A stretch of DNA of 64,000 bases from a virus: IMG/VR virus record IMGVR_UViG_3300045988_141143; one strand, given 5' to 3'. The notes beneath the pieces were generated by a model. That model was not told the origin of the DNA and ran no database searches. It was given only the letters and a program-made list of their open reading frames with translations. The position numbers were made by a program, and so were the translations under genes. Shown in pieces: positions 18,885-28,522 of this stretch. How positions within the stretch are numbered: the stretch's first letter is position 1; each line of letters begins with the position of its first letter.

Positions 18885-19961
18885 TTAGACTCCCGCTTCG
18901 GCGATGGTCTTTGTAAGGATGGCCTCGTAGCCAGTGAGTTCGTCTTCGGTTACGATGTCGGCATACTCCTGGCGCAAACGGTCGATACGCTCCTTCAGTC
19001 CCTTAACCCTTGCCTTGGTACTTGGCTTGTCCTTGCGGATAATATACTTGATGATGGCATCAGCTTCGGCCTTGTGCTTGGCTGCCTTGTCGCGTGCGGC
19101 TTTCACCTCGGGGCGGTCGGCTGCGATTTTCTCTGCTATGCTGACAGCAAAGCGAGGATCACGCTCTTGGGCTTTCTCATAGAAGGGCTTGAGCTGAGTA
19201 CGCAGTTCCTGTGGCGACAAACTGAAAGTCTTTTCCACATAAGAGATAAATTCAGGATCGCCGTTGCGCTGATTCAATCGGAGATAGACTTCACCCATTT
19301 CACGGTCCACTGCCATGTAGATGTCGGGCAGGATGTGGCTCTCTATCTCTGTCGCACGGGTGGCGAGCAGCGCTATCTCGGCTTCAGTGTAGAGGATGCC
19401 CTTGTTCTGCTGTTGCGATTTCTCGTTGGCTTCTGCCATTGTCTTGGCTTGCTCGGCCTTGCTCGCCATTTCGTTGCGGAGGTCGCGCACGGTATTGACG
19501 CGCTGTTGAAGGGCGGGACTGAGGAAGGGACGTATCTGTGCGAGGTTGGGCATGGTGGCGGCGATGCTCTCGCCGTTGGGGTTGGCCACGATGCCGCCAT
19601 AGGTGAGTAGCTGTACGGCTACGTTGGGCTTCACCTCGGGGAAGAGCGACTGGCGGGCTTCGTCGAGGGCTTTCTGCTTCTGCTGTTCGTTGTATCGTGC
19701 CTGTTCCTCCTTGGTGGGTCTGCCCACGTGGCGCTTGGCTTCGGCAGCCTCGGGGATGGGGATAATCTGCAGGCTGGTGATCAACTGACGCACACGGCGG
19801 TGGTAGTCGCGAAAACGATGCGAGTCGCGCACGAAAGCCTGTGCGCTGGGCACGCTTTCGAGCAGTGTCAGTCCCTGCTCGAAGGCTTCTTTCTGTTCGG
19901 CAGTCAGCATTCGGGTGTTGAGTGCCGGCGTGAGTATCTGAATGATTTGCTCTTTGTTCAT
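18885..19961 (-). CDS. Hypothetical phage protein (358 aa)
   Basis: Intact ORF; helical, Lys/Glu-rich. Confidence 0.4.
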   Translation of the reverse strand: MNKEQIIQILTPALNTRMLTAEQKEAFEQGLTLLESVPSAQAFVRDSHRFRDYHRRVRQLITSLQIIPIPEAAEAKRHVGRPTKEEQARYNEQQKQKALDEARQSLFPEVKPNVAVQLLTYGGIVANPNGESIAATMPNLAQIRPFLSPALQQRVNTVRDLRNEMASKAEQAKTMAEANEKSQQQNKGILYTEAEIALLATRATEIESHILPDIYMAVDREMGEVYLRLNQRNGDPEFISYVEKTFSLSPQELRTQLKPFYEKAQERDPRFAVSIAEKIAADRPEVKAARDKAAKHKAEADAIIKYIIRKDKPSTKARVKGLKERIDRLRQEYADIVTEDELTGYEAILTKTIAEAGV

Positions 19962-19991
19962 ATTGTTGTGTCTTTTATTGTTGTCGGGGTT

Positions 19992-21101
19992 TTAGAACAT
20001 GAGTGGTGTGACGAATATCTTGCCGCCCTCCTGGTTATTCTCGTAGCTGCCGGATTTGTCTGCAGCGGATGATGAGGAAGCGGAGGACGTGGTGGAAGTG
20101 GAGGAGGAAGCGTTGCCTGCGGCGGCTTCCTGAGCCTGCTTCTCGTCCTTGAGGAGGCGATAGACGGAATCGCGGAGCGAGATGGACTCGTTGTGCGCCA
20201 GCAGACGGGTAGCCTTGTCGAAGGCGATGACGGTGGTTCGCTCCACGAGGTAGGCGGTCATCAGTCGGCGCACCTTGCGGAGGAGTTTGTCGCGGTCGTC
20301 AGCGTGCTGAAGACGGTCGATGAGCTCGTCGCCGAATACGTCGGCTATGTATTCGTCCTGCACGTAGCGGAGGTCGGGCAGCAAACGGATGAACTTGTCG
20401 CGGTTGTCGTAAATGTCGAGGTACTGCTGAAGGATGCTGCACGTAGGGATGAGGAGGTCGTGGTGCAGGTAGTAGTACTTACTCTCCTGCCACAACAGCA
20501 CTATTTCCTCGATAGCTGCGAGGCGCTCGGTACTTTCGTCCTGTGGTATGTCGGATTTTCCGTCGTCAGGTACTTCTGTACTTTCGCCCTTTGGTACTTC
20601 GGTACTTGCGCTGCCGTCTTTCGGGGCGGCTGTTTCGGCTGGCGTGTTGATGCTGACTGCCCAGTTTTCGAGAAGTATGAGGAGGTTGTTGAGTGACACC
20701 ATGGCCTCCTTTTTATATCCCGCAACTCCCTTGTCGAGGAGTTTCTCTGTAGCGGGGTCGTAGTCGGTAGAGGAGGCGATGTTGACGCCTGCGCCGTTAA
20801 CCGAAAGGATTTGCTGGTAGGCGTATCGCGCCATGGCATCGTTGACCACCATACGCTGTGCGAGGACGAGGAGGACGCTCCATGGCTTCATGACATAGGT
20901 GCCGTCGGTCATCTGCTGATAGAAGCCGTCGCCGCCCAGGGTGGTATAGTATTCGCAAAGCCGTGTGTAGAGCGGCTTGCCCAATTTGTCCTGCAGGAAG
21001 TCCTTCTCGCTGTTGTCGAGCACGCCCTGCAGGTTGGCTATCTCGTCCACGGCATTGCTGGGCAGGATAAGCCGAAGTTCTTGATTGGTGGAAAGTATCA
21101 T
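19992..21101 (-). CDS. Hypothetical phage protein (369 aa) with acidic internal repeat
   Basis: 'STEVPKGESTEVPDDGKSD', encoded by a tandem ~24-nt DNA repeat near 20548-20600. Confidence 0.4.
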   Translation of the reverse strand: MILSTNQELRLILPSNAVDEIANLQGVLDNSEKDFLQDKLGKPLYTRLCEYYTTLGGDGFYQQMTDGTYVMKPWSVLLVLAQRMVVNDAMARYAYQQILSVNGAGVNIASSTDYDPATEKLLDKGVAGYKKEAMVSLNNLLILLENWAVSINTPAETAAPKDGSASTEVPKGESTEVPDDGKSDIPQDESTERLAAIEEIVLLWQESKYYYLHHDLLIPTCSILQQYLDIYDNRDKFIRLLPDLRYVQDEYIADVFGDELIDRLQHADDRDKLLRKVRRLMTAYLVERTTVIAFDKATRLLAHNESISLRDSVYRLLKDEKQAQEAAAGNASSSTSTTSSASSSSAADKSGSYENNQEGGKIFVTPLMF

Positions 21102-21173
21102 GATGTGTTGTGCTGTTATGTGCTGAGTGAAAAAAATGTTGTTGTCGGGACGGAAGTCAGGGAGGGGGGAGGG

Positions 21174-22967
21174 TTACTCCTGTTCCTGCTTCTTGACGCC
21201 TGTCTTCGAGTTGTCGAGGGTGGTGAGCACCTCACGGTCTATCTGCCATTCGAGGTGTGTGTCCCATTCATTGACATCGTCGATTACCTCCAAGGCGCGG
21301 AGCATGAGCTGCTGCAATGGGGCAAACTGTATCTGCTTGACGAGGAAACGCTCACGGAGGTCGGTGCCGCCCGATGAGGTTGCGTCGCCAGGGGTGTTGC
21401 CGATGAGCTTGGAGTCGAGACCCATGGCGAAGAAGATGATGCTCGTAATCTCCTGCAGCTCGGTCTTCTCGGCTTGCGCTTGCGAGTTGGCCTTGCTCTC
21501 TATCTCCACAATCTCCCATGCCTTGTGCTCCTTGCCGTCGGCGCCGGTGAACACGGCAGAGATGAGCGCCTGACCTGCATTGTCGGGATTGGAGAGCCAC
21601 GTGTTGATGTCGCTGAACACTTCCTGCTGAAGCTGCGCCATGGTCTTGGTCTTCTTGTCGCCCTGCTGGGTGTAGAGGTTCTTGAGATATTCCTGGTGAA
21701 TGTAGATGACGCGACCGATGATGTTGGAGTTGCGCTTACGGGTGAGTCGGTCGTCGACAATGGTGAAGGCATACTCGTAGATGCTTCCGGCAAAGATGGA
21801 ATGCCAGAGGGCATCGGCATAGTAGGGACCGCCATAGTCGCGTGGCGACATGATGAAGCGGGTGGGGCGGTCCTTGCGGCTTACCCGCTGCTGACGGGCA
21901 CGGCGCACGGCTGCCTGGAGGTCTTTCACTGCCGACACGGTGGGAAGATAGGGCACGGCGGCGATGCTCTTGTCGAGGTCGGCGAACTGGGCGGTGCGGT
22001 CTTGCGTGGGGTCGAGCCACTGGTTCGACACGTAGGCATAATTGATGCGATAGTTGGTGTCCTGTCGCTCCAGTCGGGTGGTGAAGATGCTGCGGTGTTT
22101 CAGTCCTACGACCTTGGGGGTCCACTGGCTGGTGGGTACCGGCTTGCCATCGTCGGAGAGTTGCCGCTGGTTGAGTTGCAGCTCGACGAAGCACTGCGAC
22201 ATGAGCGACATGTCGCCCGCCATGTTGAGGAAGGTCTGCATCAGGTCGTTGTCCTTCATGAATTTCTGCACCTCGCGGTTGGTCTGTTCCCACTTGGCGA
22301 GGGCATCCTTCAGTGCTTTCATCTCATCGCTGTCCTTTGGCTGGCCTTCGGTCTGCTGACTGACGGAATGCAGAGGGTCGTCGGGGTCGCCGCTGACGCC
22401 GTTCTGTTGTTGTGCCTGACGTTCTGCTGCCTCCTGTGCCTTGAGGTCGGCTATCTGTCCGCGGAGCAGTGTGCCAGCCGATGCGTAGGGGATGTATTTC
22501 TCGGTGATGTTGCCGCCTACGTACTGGGTGTAGTGGTATTTGGGCGAGGGTCCGTGGCCTACGAGTATCTTCTTGATGAAGTCGACGCCGGCAGCGGTGA
22601 AGGGCGACATCCGTGAGAGAATCCAGACGAGGTTGGGCAGTCGGTTGCCCACGCCCCATTCCATGTAGCCCAGTCCGGGTGTTCCCACGCCGTTGGGCTT
22701 GGCCTTGTTCTCGCCGCCGCTGGAGGCGAAGATGGTGGAAATCTGTCGTCGTGCTCCCGATGAGGTAGTCGAGCTGCCCTGCGCTGTCATGCCGGCTGTC
22801 TCGAAGAGCATGGAGCGGACGTAATCGTTCCATGAGAAGACTTGTGCGCCGCTGTTGGGATTGATGAAAGCAGAGGGCGACACGGCCACATATCCATCGC
22901 GCTTCAGCTCCTCACTACGATCTTGGAACTGCTGTAAGTTGGTAACTCTGTTCTTGTTGCGTGACAT
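21174..22967 (-). CDS. Large hypothetical structural protein (597 aa)
   Basis: Intact ORF preceded by a duplicated promoter element. No motif identified. Confidence 0.35.
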   Translation of the reverse strand: MSRNKNRVTNLQQFQDRSEELKRDGYVAVSPSAFINPNSGAQVFSWNDYVRSMLFETAGMTAQGSSTTSSGARRQISTIFASSGGENKAKPNGVGTPGLGYMEWGVGNRLPNLVWILSRMSPFTAAGVDFIKKILVGHGPSPKYHYTQYVGGNITEKYIPYASAGTLLRGQIADLKAQEAAERQAQQQNGVSGDPDDPLHSVSQQTEGQPKDSDEMKALKDALAKWEQTNREVQKFMKDNDLMQTFLNMAGDMSLMSQCFVELQLNQRQLSDDGKPVPTSQWTPKVVGLKHRSIFTTRLERQDTNYRINYAYVSNQWLDPTQDRTAQFADLDKSIAAVPYLPTVSAVKDLQAAVRRARQQRVSRKDRPTRFIMSPRDYGGPYYADALWHSIFAGSIYEYAFTIVDDRLTRKRNSNIIGRVIYIHQEYLKNLYTQQGDKKTKTMAQLQQEVFSDINTWLSNPDNAGQALISAVFTGADGKEHKAWEIVEIESKANSQAQAEKTELQEITSIIFFAMGLDSKLIGNTPGDATSSGGTDLRERFLVKQIQFAPLQQLMLRALEVIDDVNEWDTHLEWQIDREVLTTLDNSKTGVKKQEQE

Positions 22968-23007
22968 ATTCTGTTATCCTGTTTTTAGGGGTTGATGTAT
23001 GTTGTTG

Positions 23008-23085
23008 TTGCTTTTTTCGACTACAAATGTACTAAGAATTGTCTTAGTGGTACGGACATGAGTCAGAACTGCGAGAGCTGCACGG
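23008..23085. repeat. Copy A of a ~75-nt duplicated element (Bacteroides -7 box + relic of an MTase 3' end)
   Basis: 'ttgcttttttcgactacaaatgta' is identical at 23008-23031 and 24969-24992. Downstream ~45 nt are about 80% identical. Minus-strand reading gives TACATTTG (TAnnTTTG). Confidence 0.55.
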
Positions 23086-23326
23086 TGCGGTTGCCTCATT
23101 CGGCGCACCGCGTATGAGCGAAAAAACTGCGGTCCCGTCGGTTCTCCCTTCCCTTTTCCGTCCACTTCATAGAATTGGAAAGTTCGAGAGTGTTGGTAGT
23201 CTTCGGGAATGAAGCCGTGCGAGCCGCAGTTAATCTAACAATATGTTTCACGTTTTTGCATTATGGCCTATATTATGTTGTTGTCGGGGTGTTGTGTTGC
23301 GTCCGCCTACATATCGTAGTCGTACA

Positions 23327-24145
23327 TTATCGTTTGATATTCCACATGTGCTCTGCCGGACCAACGAGCACGTCGATGTTTGCGCCCTGCTTCAGGGCCA
23401 CCGTCTCCACCCATTTAAGTTGAATAAACTGCTGTGGGTTAAGATTCATCTCGTTCATATACGCCTTGTCTGCCACAGCCTTTTGGCGTTCAGCCTTCTC
23501 GCGTGCCAACTGCACCTCATATTCACGTTCCTGCGTCTGCTTGGCCTGTACCATCTTTGCCGTGCGGTTCATTTCGGCAAGCTGTTCCTTGTTTGGGGTT
23601 GCCTTGCCGATGATAACGTCCTTGATGATGACGGGCATCGGCTTGTGCTTTGAGAGGGCAGCCACGTAATCCTGCATCTGCTTCAGAATCTTCTTGTCGA
23701 TGGTGCTCAATACCTGTCGGTTAGACATCAAATCGAATGGACTGTACTGCGAGATATGGTCTCTGATAAGATTGCAGAAATAGTTGTAGAGGTTGGTGTC
23801 AAACCAGTCGCGTCCATAGTTCTGCAACAGTATGGGAGACTTGCCTTGCTCCACCTGAGTGACTATGACAGAATGGAAGTCGAGTGGCGTGTTATCGTCG
23901 GAGAAGATGTCGTCAAGAACAACCTCGTGGCGTACAGGCACAATCTTGAATGTTTCAGAATGAGTACTCAGGGCACACCATGTCAAGCCACTCTGAACTG
24001 GGTCGTTGTCAACACCTCCGTGTCCGAAGAACCATGGTTTCTTTACCAACACGGTTTCCTCGTCAGCATCGGGCGACACAAAACAGCACGAGGATAACAT
24101 CACTACTGCGATAAGCGCAAAAAGAATTGAAAATAATTTTTTCAT
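23327..24145 (-). CDS. SPFH/band-7-like lipoprotein
   Basis: Signal peptide plus lipobox 'MKKLFSILFALIAVVMLSSC' (start chosen at 24145). C-terminal 'QLAREKAERQKAVADKAYMNEMNL' resembles SPFH/prohibitin repeats. Confidence 0.45.
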   Translation of the reverse strand: MKKLFSILFALIAVVMLSSCCFVSPDADEETVLVKKPWFFGHGGVDNDPVQSGLTWCALSTHSETFKIVPVRHEVVLDDIFSDDNTPLDFHSVIVTQVEQGKSPILLQNYGRDWFDTNLYNYFCNLIRDHISQYSPFDLMSNRQVLSTIDKKILKQMQDYVAALSKHKPMPVIIKDVIIGKATPNKEQLAEMNRTAKMVQAKQTQEREYEVQLAREKAERQKAVADKAYMNEMNLNPQQFIQLKWVETVALKQGANIDVLVGPAEHMWNIKR

Positions 24146-24287
24146 AATTGTTTTTTGTTTATATTGATTCATTAAAATCCTTATATATGACAATCGTACA
24201 TTGTCAATAGAGTGTCTGTAGGTATTCCAGTTCTTTCCAATTCTTTCAAAACTGGAAAGAACGGGAATGGCTATACACCCGCTGCCT

Positions 24288-24839
24288 TTACGACTCAATC
24301 TCGGGAGGGTTGCCACCAGGTTTCTGCTCGCCGCCTCCAGTGGTGCCGGAATCGCCCGTGCCGGGAGTTGCTGGAGCATCCGTTGCAGCATCGCCCACTC
24401 GCTTGAACGAGCCGTGCTGTGCGAAGGCGGCGGTGAACTTCTTGGAGAAGTCGATGGCTACGCCTGCGGTGAGGTCCTTTGTGGTGAGGTCGGCGGCGGT
24501 AATCTCTCGGTTCACGTCAACGTCCTCGCCTGCTGCCTTACGTGCTTCGAGCTTCGCCTTGAGCTGGCTCTGAGTGAGCGAACCGCTGACGGTAGGACGT
24601 ACCGTCATGCCCTCGGCAGACACCTGTACCTTGGTGCCCAGTGCCAACAGAAGCGGCAGCTTTTTCTCCAACTGCGTCATCACGGCCATTACGTCCGCTG
24701 CGCCTACTGTAGAGTCCTGCGCCATGTAGTCGCAAAATTCAGGGAATGACATCTGCTGCAAGTCAACGATCTGTGCGCTTGCAACCTTTTCTTTCGTGAA
24801 ATTATTCACACGAACTGCAATTCTTGTTTTGATTGCCAT
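24288..24839 (-). CDS. HU-family (Bacteroidales HU-like) DNA-binding protein
   Basis: 'MAIKTRIAVRVNNFT...VDLQQMSFPEFCDYMAQDSTVGAADVMAVMTQLEKKL' plus Gly-rich tail 'GGGEQKPGG'. Confidence 0.55.
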   Translation of the reverse strand: MAIKTRIAVRVNNFTKEKVASAQIVDLQQMSFPEFCDYMAQDSTVGAADVMAVMTQLEKKLPLLLALGTKVQVSAEGMTVRPTVSGSLTQSQLKAKLEARKAAGEDVDVNREITAADLTTKDLTAGVAIDFSKKFTAAFAQHGSFKRVGDAATDAPATPGTGDSGTTGGGEQKPGGNPPEIES

Positions 24840-24910
24840 AGGTTATTTTTTGTTTGGGCGTTAATACTTCCCTCTCTGTTTTTACCCGATTCCACAAAGA
24901 GGTTTTTTGC

Positions 24911-24967
24911 AATGTGCCGACACTTTTTATCGAATGTGCCGACACTTTTTGTCAAATGTGCCGACAC
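24911..24967. promoter_or_regulatory. Three direct repeats of AATGTGCCGACAC at exact 22-nt spacing (operator-like)
   Basis: Copies at 24911, 24933 and 24955. The core GTGCCGACAC is an imperfect palindrome. Lies between the -7 box (24985-24992) and the HU start (24839). Confidence 0.55.
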
Positions 24968-25045
24968 ATTGCTTTTTTCGACTACAAATGTAGGGAGAAA
25001 ATTTTGAGCGGTGCGGACATAAATTCAGAACAGCGTGAGCTGTGC
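24968..25045. repeat. Copy B of the ~75-nt duplicated element (overlaps the MTase 3' end)
   Basis: See copy A. This copy contains the real stop region of MTase 25025..25795. Confidence 0.55.
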
Positions 25046-25795
25046 TTGCTCCAACTTGATGCGCTTGCAAGCCTTGTCGTAATACTCCTTGTTGAGCTCA
25101 AAGCCGATGAAGTTGCGCTTCTCTTTTATACAAGCAATGGCGGTGGTGCCGCTGCCCATGCAGTTGTCTAATATGGTGTCGCCCTCGTTGGAGTAAGTAC
25201 GGATGAGGTACTGGATGAGAGCGACAGGCTTTTGAGTGGGGTGGAAGCTGTTGTGAATATCCCTCTGAAATAAGACAATATCGGTTGGATATTTTTCGTC
25301 GGTTATCATATCCTTCACTTTGCCATAATTTCCGTAACATCTGTTGGTTTGCTCTTTCTCTTGCTTTCCTCTGCTGTGATTGCGTTCATGTGGAAGACAT
25401 TTGCGCATTTGTGGATGATAGGTTGGCTGTCCGTCGTAGAAAACGGAAATCATCTCCGTTTGCTTTAGAGGCATCTTCTTTGTGTTCAAAAAGCCAGTTG
25501 TACGGCATTTATCCCACGTGATATTATAGCGCCACATCTTTTCATTGCTCATCATCAGTTTTGCCGTGAACATACCCTGTCCGAACAATATTATAGCCGC
25601 ATTGGGCTTACTGATACGAAGATATTGCTTCCATAAAGAATCAAGTGGAATAATACTATCCCATCCTCCTCCTTCGCTCTGCTTATTGAGGACACCATAC
25701 GGCAAATCGCACACAATGCAATCCACGCTTCCGTCTGGAATCCTTTTCATTCCTTCGAGGCAGTCTTCATTATATATTTTGTTCAGTTCTATCAT
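25025..25795 (-). CDS. DNA methyltransferase, beta-class N6-adenine/N4-cytosine type
   Basis: Motif IV 'CDLPYG' is N-terminal to the AdoMet motif 'DNCMGSGTTAIAC'. 'HPTQKPVAL' block present. Confidence 0.7.
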   Translation of the reverse strand: MIELNKIYNEDCLEGMKRIPDGSVDCIVCDLPYGVLNKQSEGGGWDSIIPLDSLWKQYLRISKPNAAIILFGQGMFTAKLMMSNEKMWRYNITWDKCRTTGFLNTKKMPLKQTEMISVFYDGQPTYHPQMRKCLPHERNHSRGKQEKEQTNRCYGNYGKVKDMITDEKYPTDIVLFQRDIHNSFHPTQKPVALIQYLIRTYSNEGDTILDNCMGSGTTAIACIKEKRNFIGFELNKEYYDKACKRIKLEQAQLTLF

Positions 25796-25802
25796 TGTCT
25801 TT

Positions 25803-26837
25803 TTACTTTTTCCTTATCTTTTCCATTTCCTCATTCTCCACCGTCAGGCGTTCCAGGTGCTCCAGCACGAGGGAATAGCTTTGGTTGTTCACCTGGTCCT
25901 CCGTCAGTCCGGCATACTTCTGCATGGTGGCGGTGGTGGCAGTGTAAATCTCCAAGGGCGTGGTGGGCTTCTGCGACTTGAGGGGCTGCACCTTGAACAC
26001 ATGACGATAACGATGAGCGAGGGTGTGCATCACGCCCGTCCACCAAAAGAGTATCACCTGCCATGCCGTTTCGGGAAAATCGCGGAAATAGGACTGGTTC
26101 GTCTCCCACTGGTTCAACTCGTAGTGGAAGTCGTGCTTCACCATGCCCGTGTTACTGTCCACATAGTCGGTCGTGCCGTTGAAGATGGTGGCGAGAAACA
26201 TCGTCCGGGCAGAACTCACGTTCTCCATCTGCCGCTGCATCTGCTCGTCGGTGAAAGTGCCGCGCTGCTGCATCTTCAAGAGGCTGTTGCTAAGTCGGGT
26301 GTAGGTCTGCATCATGTCGGAGGCGAAGCGATACTGCGCCCACGAGAATCCGTCGAGGTCGTTGGCAGGACCGCTGAACACCTTCTTGCGTCGCCACCAC
26401 GCGCGGCGTCGCCGGATGACAGGGTAGGGAAAACGGGTGAGGAAAGCACCGTTCTCGTTATCAAGCCAGTCGAGCAAGCCTGCTCCCTGAGCGATATACT
26501 CTGCCGACTTTCGGGCGTCGGTCTTTGCCTTGGGCGTCAGCCAATAGTTGATTTGCCACAGATACAGCGGAAAGGTGCCGCTGTCCTCGTCGTCCTGCAT
26601 ACGGCAGAGGTAATACTGCTCGCTGAGGTCGAGGCGAGTGTCGGGCGCTGCCACTATCTCCAAGCCCGACAGGGCAAAGAAGATCGCCACCTTCACATTG
26701 CGCATGTCGAAGGGGTGGTATCTGTCCTGCCGTTCCACCTGCTCACGTATCACGTCGGCTATCAGCTCCAACTGTTTCGTAGAGCAGAGGTTCCAGTGGC
26801 GGGGAAGATGTAAGTCTATTTTTTTTGGATTGTTCAT
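25803..26837 (-). CDS. Hypothetical phage protein (344 aa)
   Basis: Intact ORF. Arg/Trp-rich segment 'RRRRAWWRRKK'. Confidence 0.4.
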   Translation of the reverse strand: MNNPKKIDLHLPRHWNLCSTKQLELIADVIREQVERQDRYHPFDMRNVKVAIFFALSGLEIVAAPDTRLDLSEQYYLCRMQDDEDSGTFPLYLWQINYWLTPKAKTDARKSAEYIAQGAGLLDWLDNENGAFLTRFPYPVIRRRRAWWRRKKVFSGPANDLDGFSWAQYRFASDMMQTYTRLSNSLLKMQQRGTFTDEQMQRQMENVSSARTMFLATIFNGTTDYVDSNTGMVKHDFHYELNQWETNQSYFRDFPETAWQVILFWWTGVMHTLAHRYRHVFKVQPLKSQKPTTPLEIYTATTATMQKYAGLTEDQVNNQSYSLVLEHLERLTVENEEMEKIRKK

Positions 26838-26993
26838 TTTTACAGAATCCTAAGTTTTTATCCCAAAAATGCCAAAATTGGATTATTTTAGTCCAGAAAA
26901 ATCCAAAAATGGACGAATTTAATCCCAAAAATCCAAAAGCTGGACCAGATTTATCCAGAAAAATCCAAAAATGGATGGGAAAGTTATCAAAAA

Positions 26994-27548
26994 CTACCAG
27001 GTGATTTCCATTCCTCGGTTGTCGACGAGCGAGCCGTATCGGATGCCGTCGAGTCGACGAAGCCATCCGTCGAGGAACCGCCTCTGCGAAGGTTTGCTCT
27101 TCACCAACCGCTCATAGTACAACTTGCGGCGAGCCTTGAGGCGCGAGAAGAAAGTTTCGGGGTTCTGTCGGTTCAGGGCGGCGAGGGTGTTCTTGCCCAT
27201 GATGCCGTCGGCTTTCACACCCAGTAAGGCTTGGGTGAGGGTGACGGCAGGCGTACCGCTGATCCACAGCCAGTCCACAAGTAGGTTGGCGATGCTCTGG
27301 TCTTTGATTTCATCGGCACGGCATCGGCGCCAGTAGCATCGGCGCAGGATTTCCGTAGCATCAGTATCTGAGATAAGTCGGAGGTCGCGCACGTCTATCC
27401 GTCCGTCGCCGTTCTTGTCGTACCCCTGCTGCCGCCATGTGCCGATGGTCACGCCCTTGTTTGTAGCACCGCCACGGTCTTTCGGGTCGTTCACGAAACC
27501 GCCCTCAAACGAGAGAATGAATTTAGCTAAAGGTTCAATCTTTACCAT
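26994..27548 (-). CDS. Endolysin: GH108-type lysozyme with C-terminal peptidoglycan-binding domain
   Basis: 'SFEGGFVNDPKDRGGATNKGVTIGTW' (GH108 signature). The C-terminal half resembles PG_binding_3. Confidence 0.7.
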   Translation of the reverse strand: MVKIEPLAKFILSFEGGFVNDPKDRGGATNKGVTIGTWRQQGYDKNGDGRIDVRDLRLISDTDATEILRRCYWRRCRADEIKDQSIANLLVDWLWISGTPAVTLTQALLGVKADGIMGKNTLAALNRQNPETFFSRLKARRKLYYERLVKSKPSQRRFLDGWLRRLDGIRYGSLVDNRGMEITW

Positions 27549-27847
27549 AGTTTATCGTTTTCTTGTTCTGTTATGTATAAATGTAGGGCAAAGATACAAA
27601 AAAGTCATCCATCGTGCGGGACAAAAATATCCCAGATACTTTGCATGGCAGACTGCGCACCGTGGTCGGCGCAGCCGGAAAACAATGGAAGCCGCAATGC
27701 TGCACTCTTCGTGGAGCAAAGCGGCTTCTGAAACGAAATATTATCCTGAAAAGGAAAGATTACCATTTTGCTGACGCCAGCAAAATGATATTCGGCTCTT
27801 TTTACCTTTTTACTTTTTTGTCTTAGAAATCAGCAAGAAAGCTCTTT

Positions 27848-28375
27848 TTACCTTTTTACCTTTTTACTTTTCAAACATGGCCTCATGTATTCCCATATTT
27901 TCGTACAGTCGAGTACATCTGTGTCCTTCCAGTCGGCATCACAGAAGTAGAACAAGTATGCGGCCTTGATAATCTCCTCTTCGCTCATCTCGGCGCAGAG
28001 GTCAGCATACATGGCATTGAAGGCTACATACTTGTCCCAACAATTCACCTTGCTTGGGAAGTCGAAGTCCTTGGTGGCTTGCTCAATCTCCGATTTAGTC
28101 CAGTGAGCGCCCCTGCCCATAGGCACACCCTCATCGTCCAACTTGCTGTAGAGAAGTCGGTCGACATCATGATGGGCAAACATCTCGCTGTAGTGGCGGT
28201 CGTAGAGCACGGCATGCTGGTGACGGATAATCTTCCAGTAAAGTTCAGGATTCTCATTCTCCACCTTCATCAGGTCGCACGACAACTGCTCCAAGGCAGC
28301 ATTGAGTTTTTTGTCTGTCATCTGTCCGTCAACACGGGCCTGGTTGATTAATTGATTGTACTTCATGATTTTCAT
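27848..28375 (-). CDS. Hypothetical phage protein (175 aa)
   Basis: Intact ORF upstream of the lysin; soluble. Confidence 0.4.
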   Translation of the reverse strand: MKIMKYNQLINQARVDGQMTDKKLNAALEQLSCDLMKVENENPELYWKIIRHQHAVLYDRHYSEMFAHHDVDRLLYSKLDDEGVPMGRGAHWTKSEIEQATKDFDFPSKVNCWDKYVAFNAMYADLCAEMSEEEIIKAAYLFYFCDADWKDTDVLDCTKIWEYMRPCLKSKKVKR

Positions 28376-28522
28376 TTATTTTTTTAAGAATTAATGGTCT
28401 AACAATTGGGGCAAGCGCCACGGAAATGTGGAATGACGGGAAGCGCCGTCGCCTGTCCCGAATCGGGAAGAAAGAAAGAAACTTGCTCTAACTTTCTTTC
28501 TTTCTTATTTTCTCTTAGGTCA

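Noticed and set aside
21474-22616. 380-aa plus-strand ORF, with many other Arg/Leu/His-rich ORFs opposite large minus-strand genes (e.g. 25545..26813, 19074..19610, 14308..14949)
   Set aside because: Shadow ORFs of GC-rich codon third positions. No motifs. Opposite strand carries well-formed genes.
21174-22967. 597-aa protein considered as portal or as NrdD partner of the NrdG-like gene
   Set aside because: No glycyl-radical RVxGY motif or C-terminal zinc ribbon for NrdD. No recognisable portal signature by eye. Left as hypothetical structural.
24911-24967. Direct repeats considered as a CRISPR array
   Set aside because: Only 3 repeats. 13-nt units with 9-nt AT-rich spacers. No cas genes. 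The phased 22-nt geometry fits protein-binding sites, not CRISPR.
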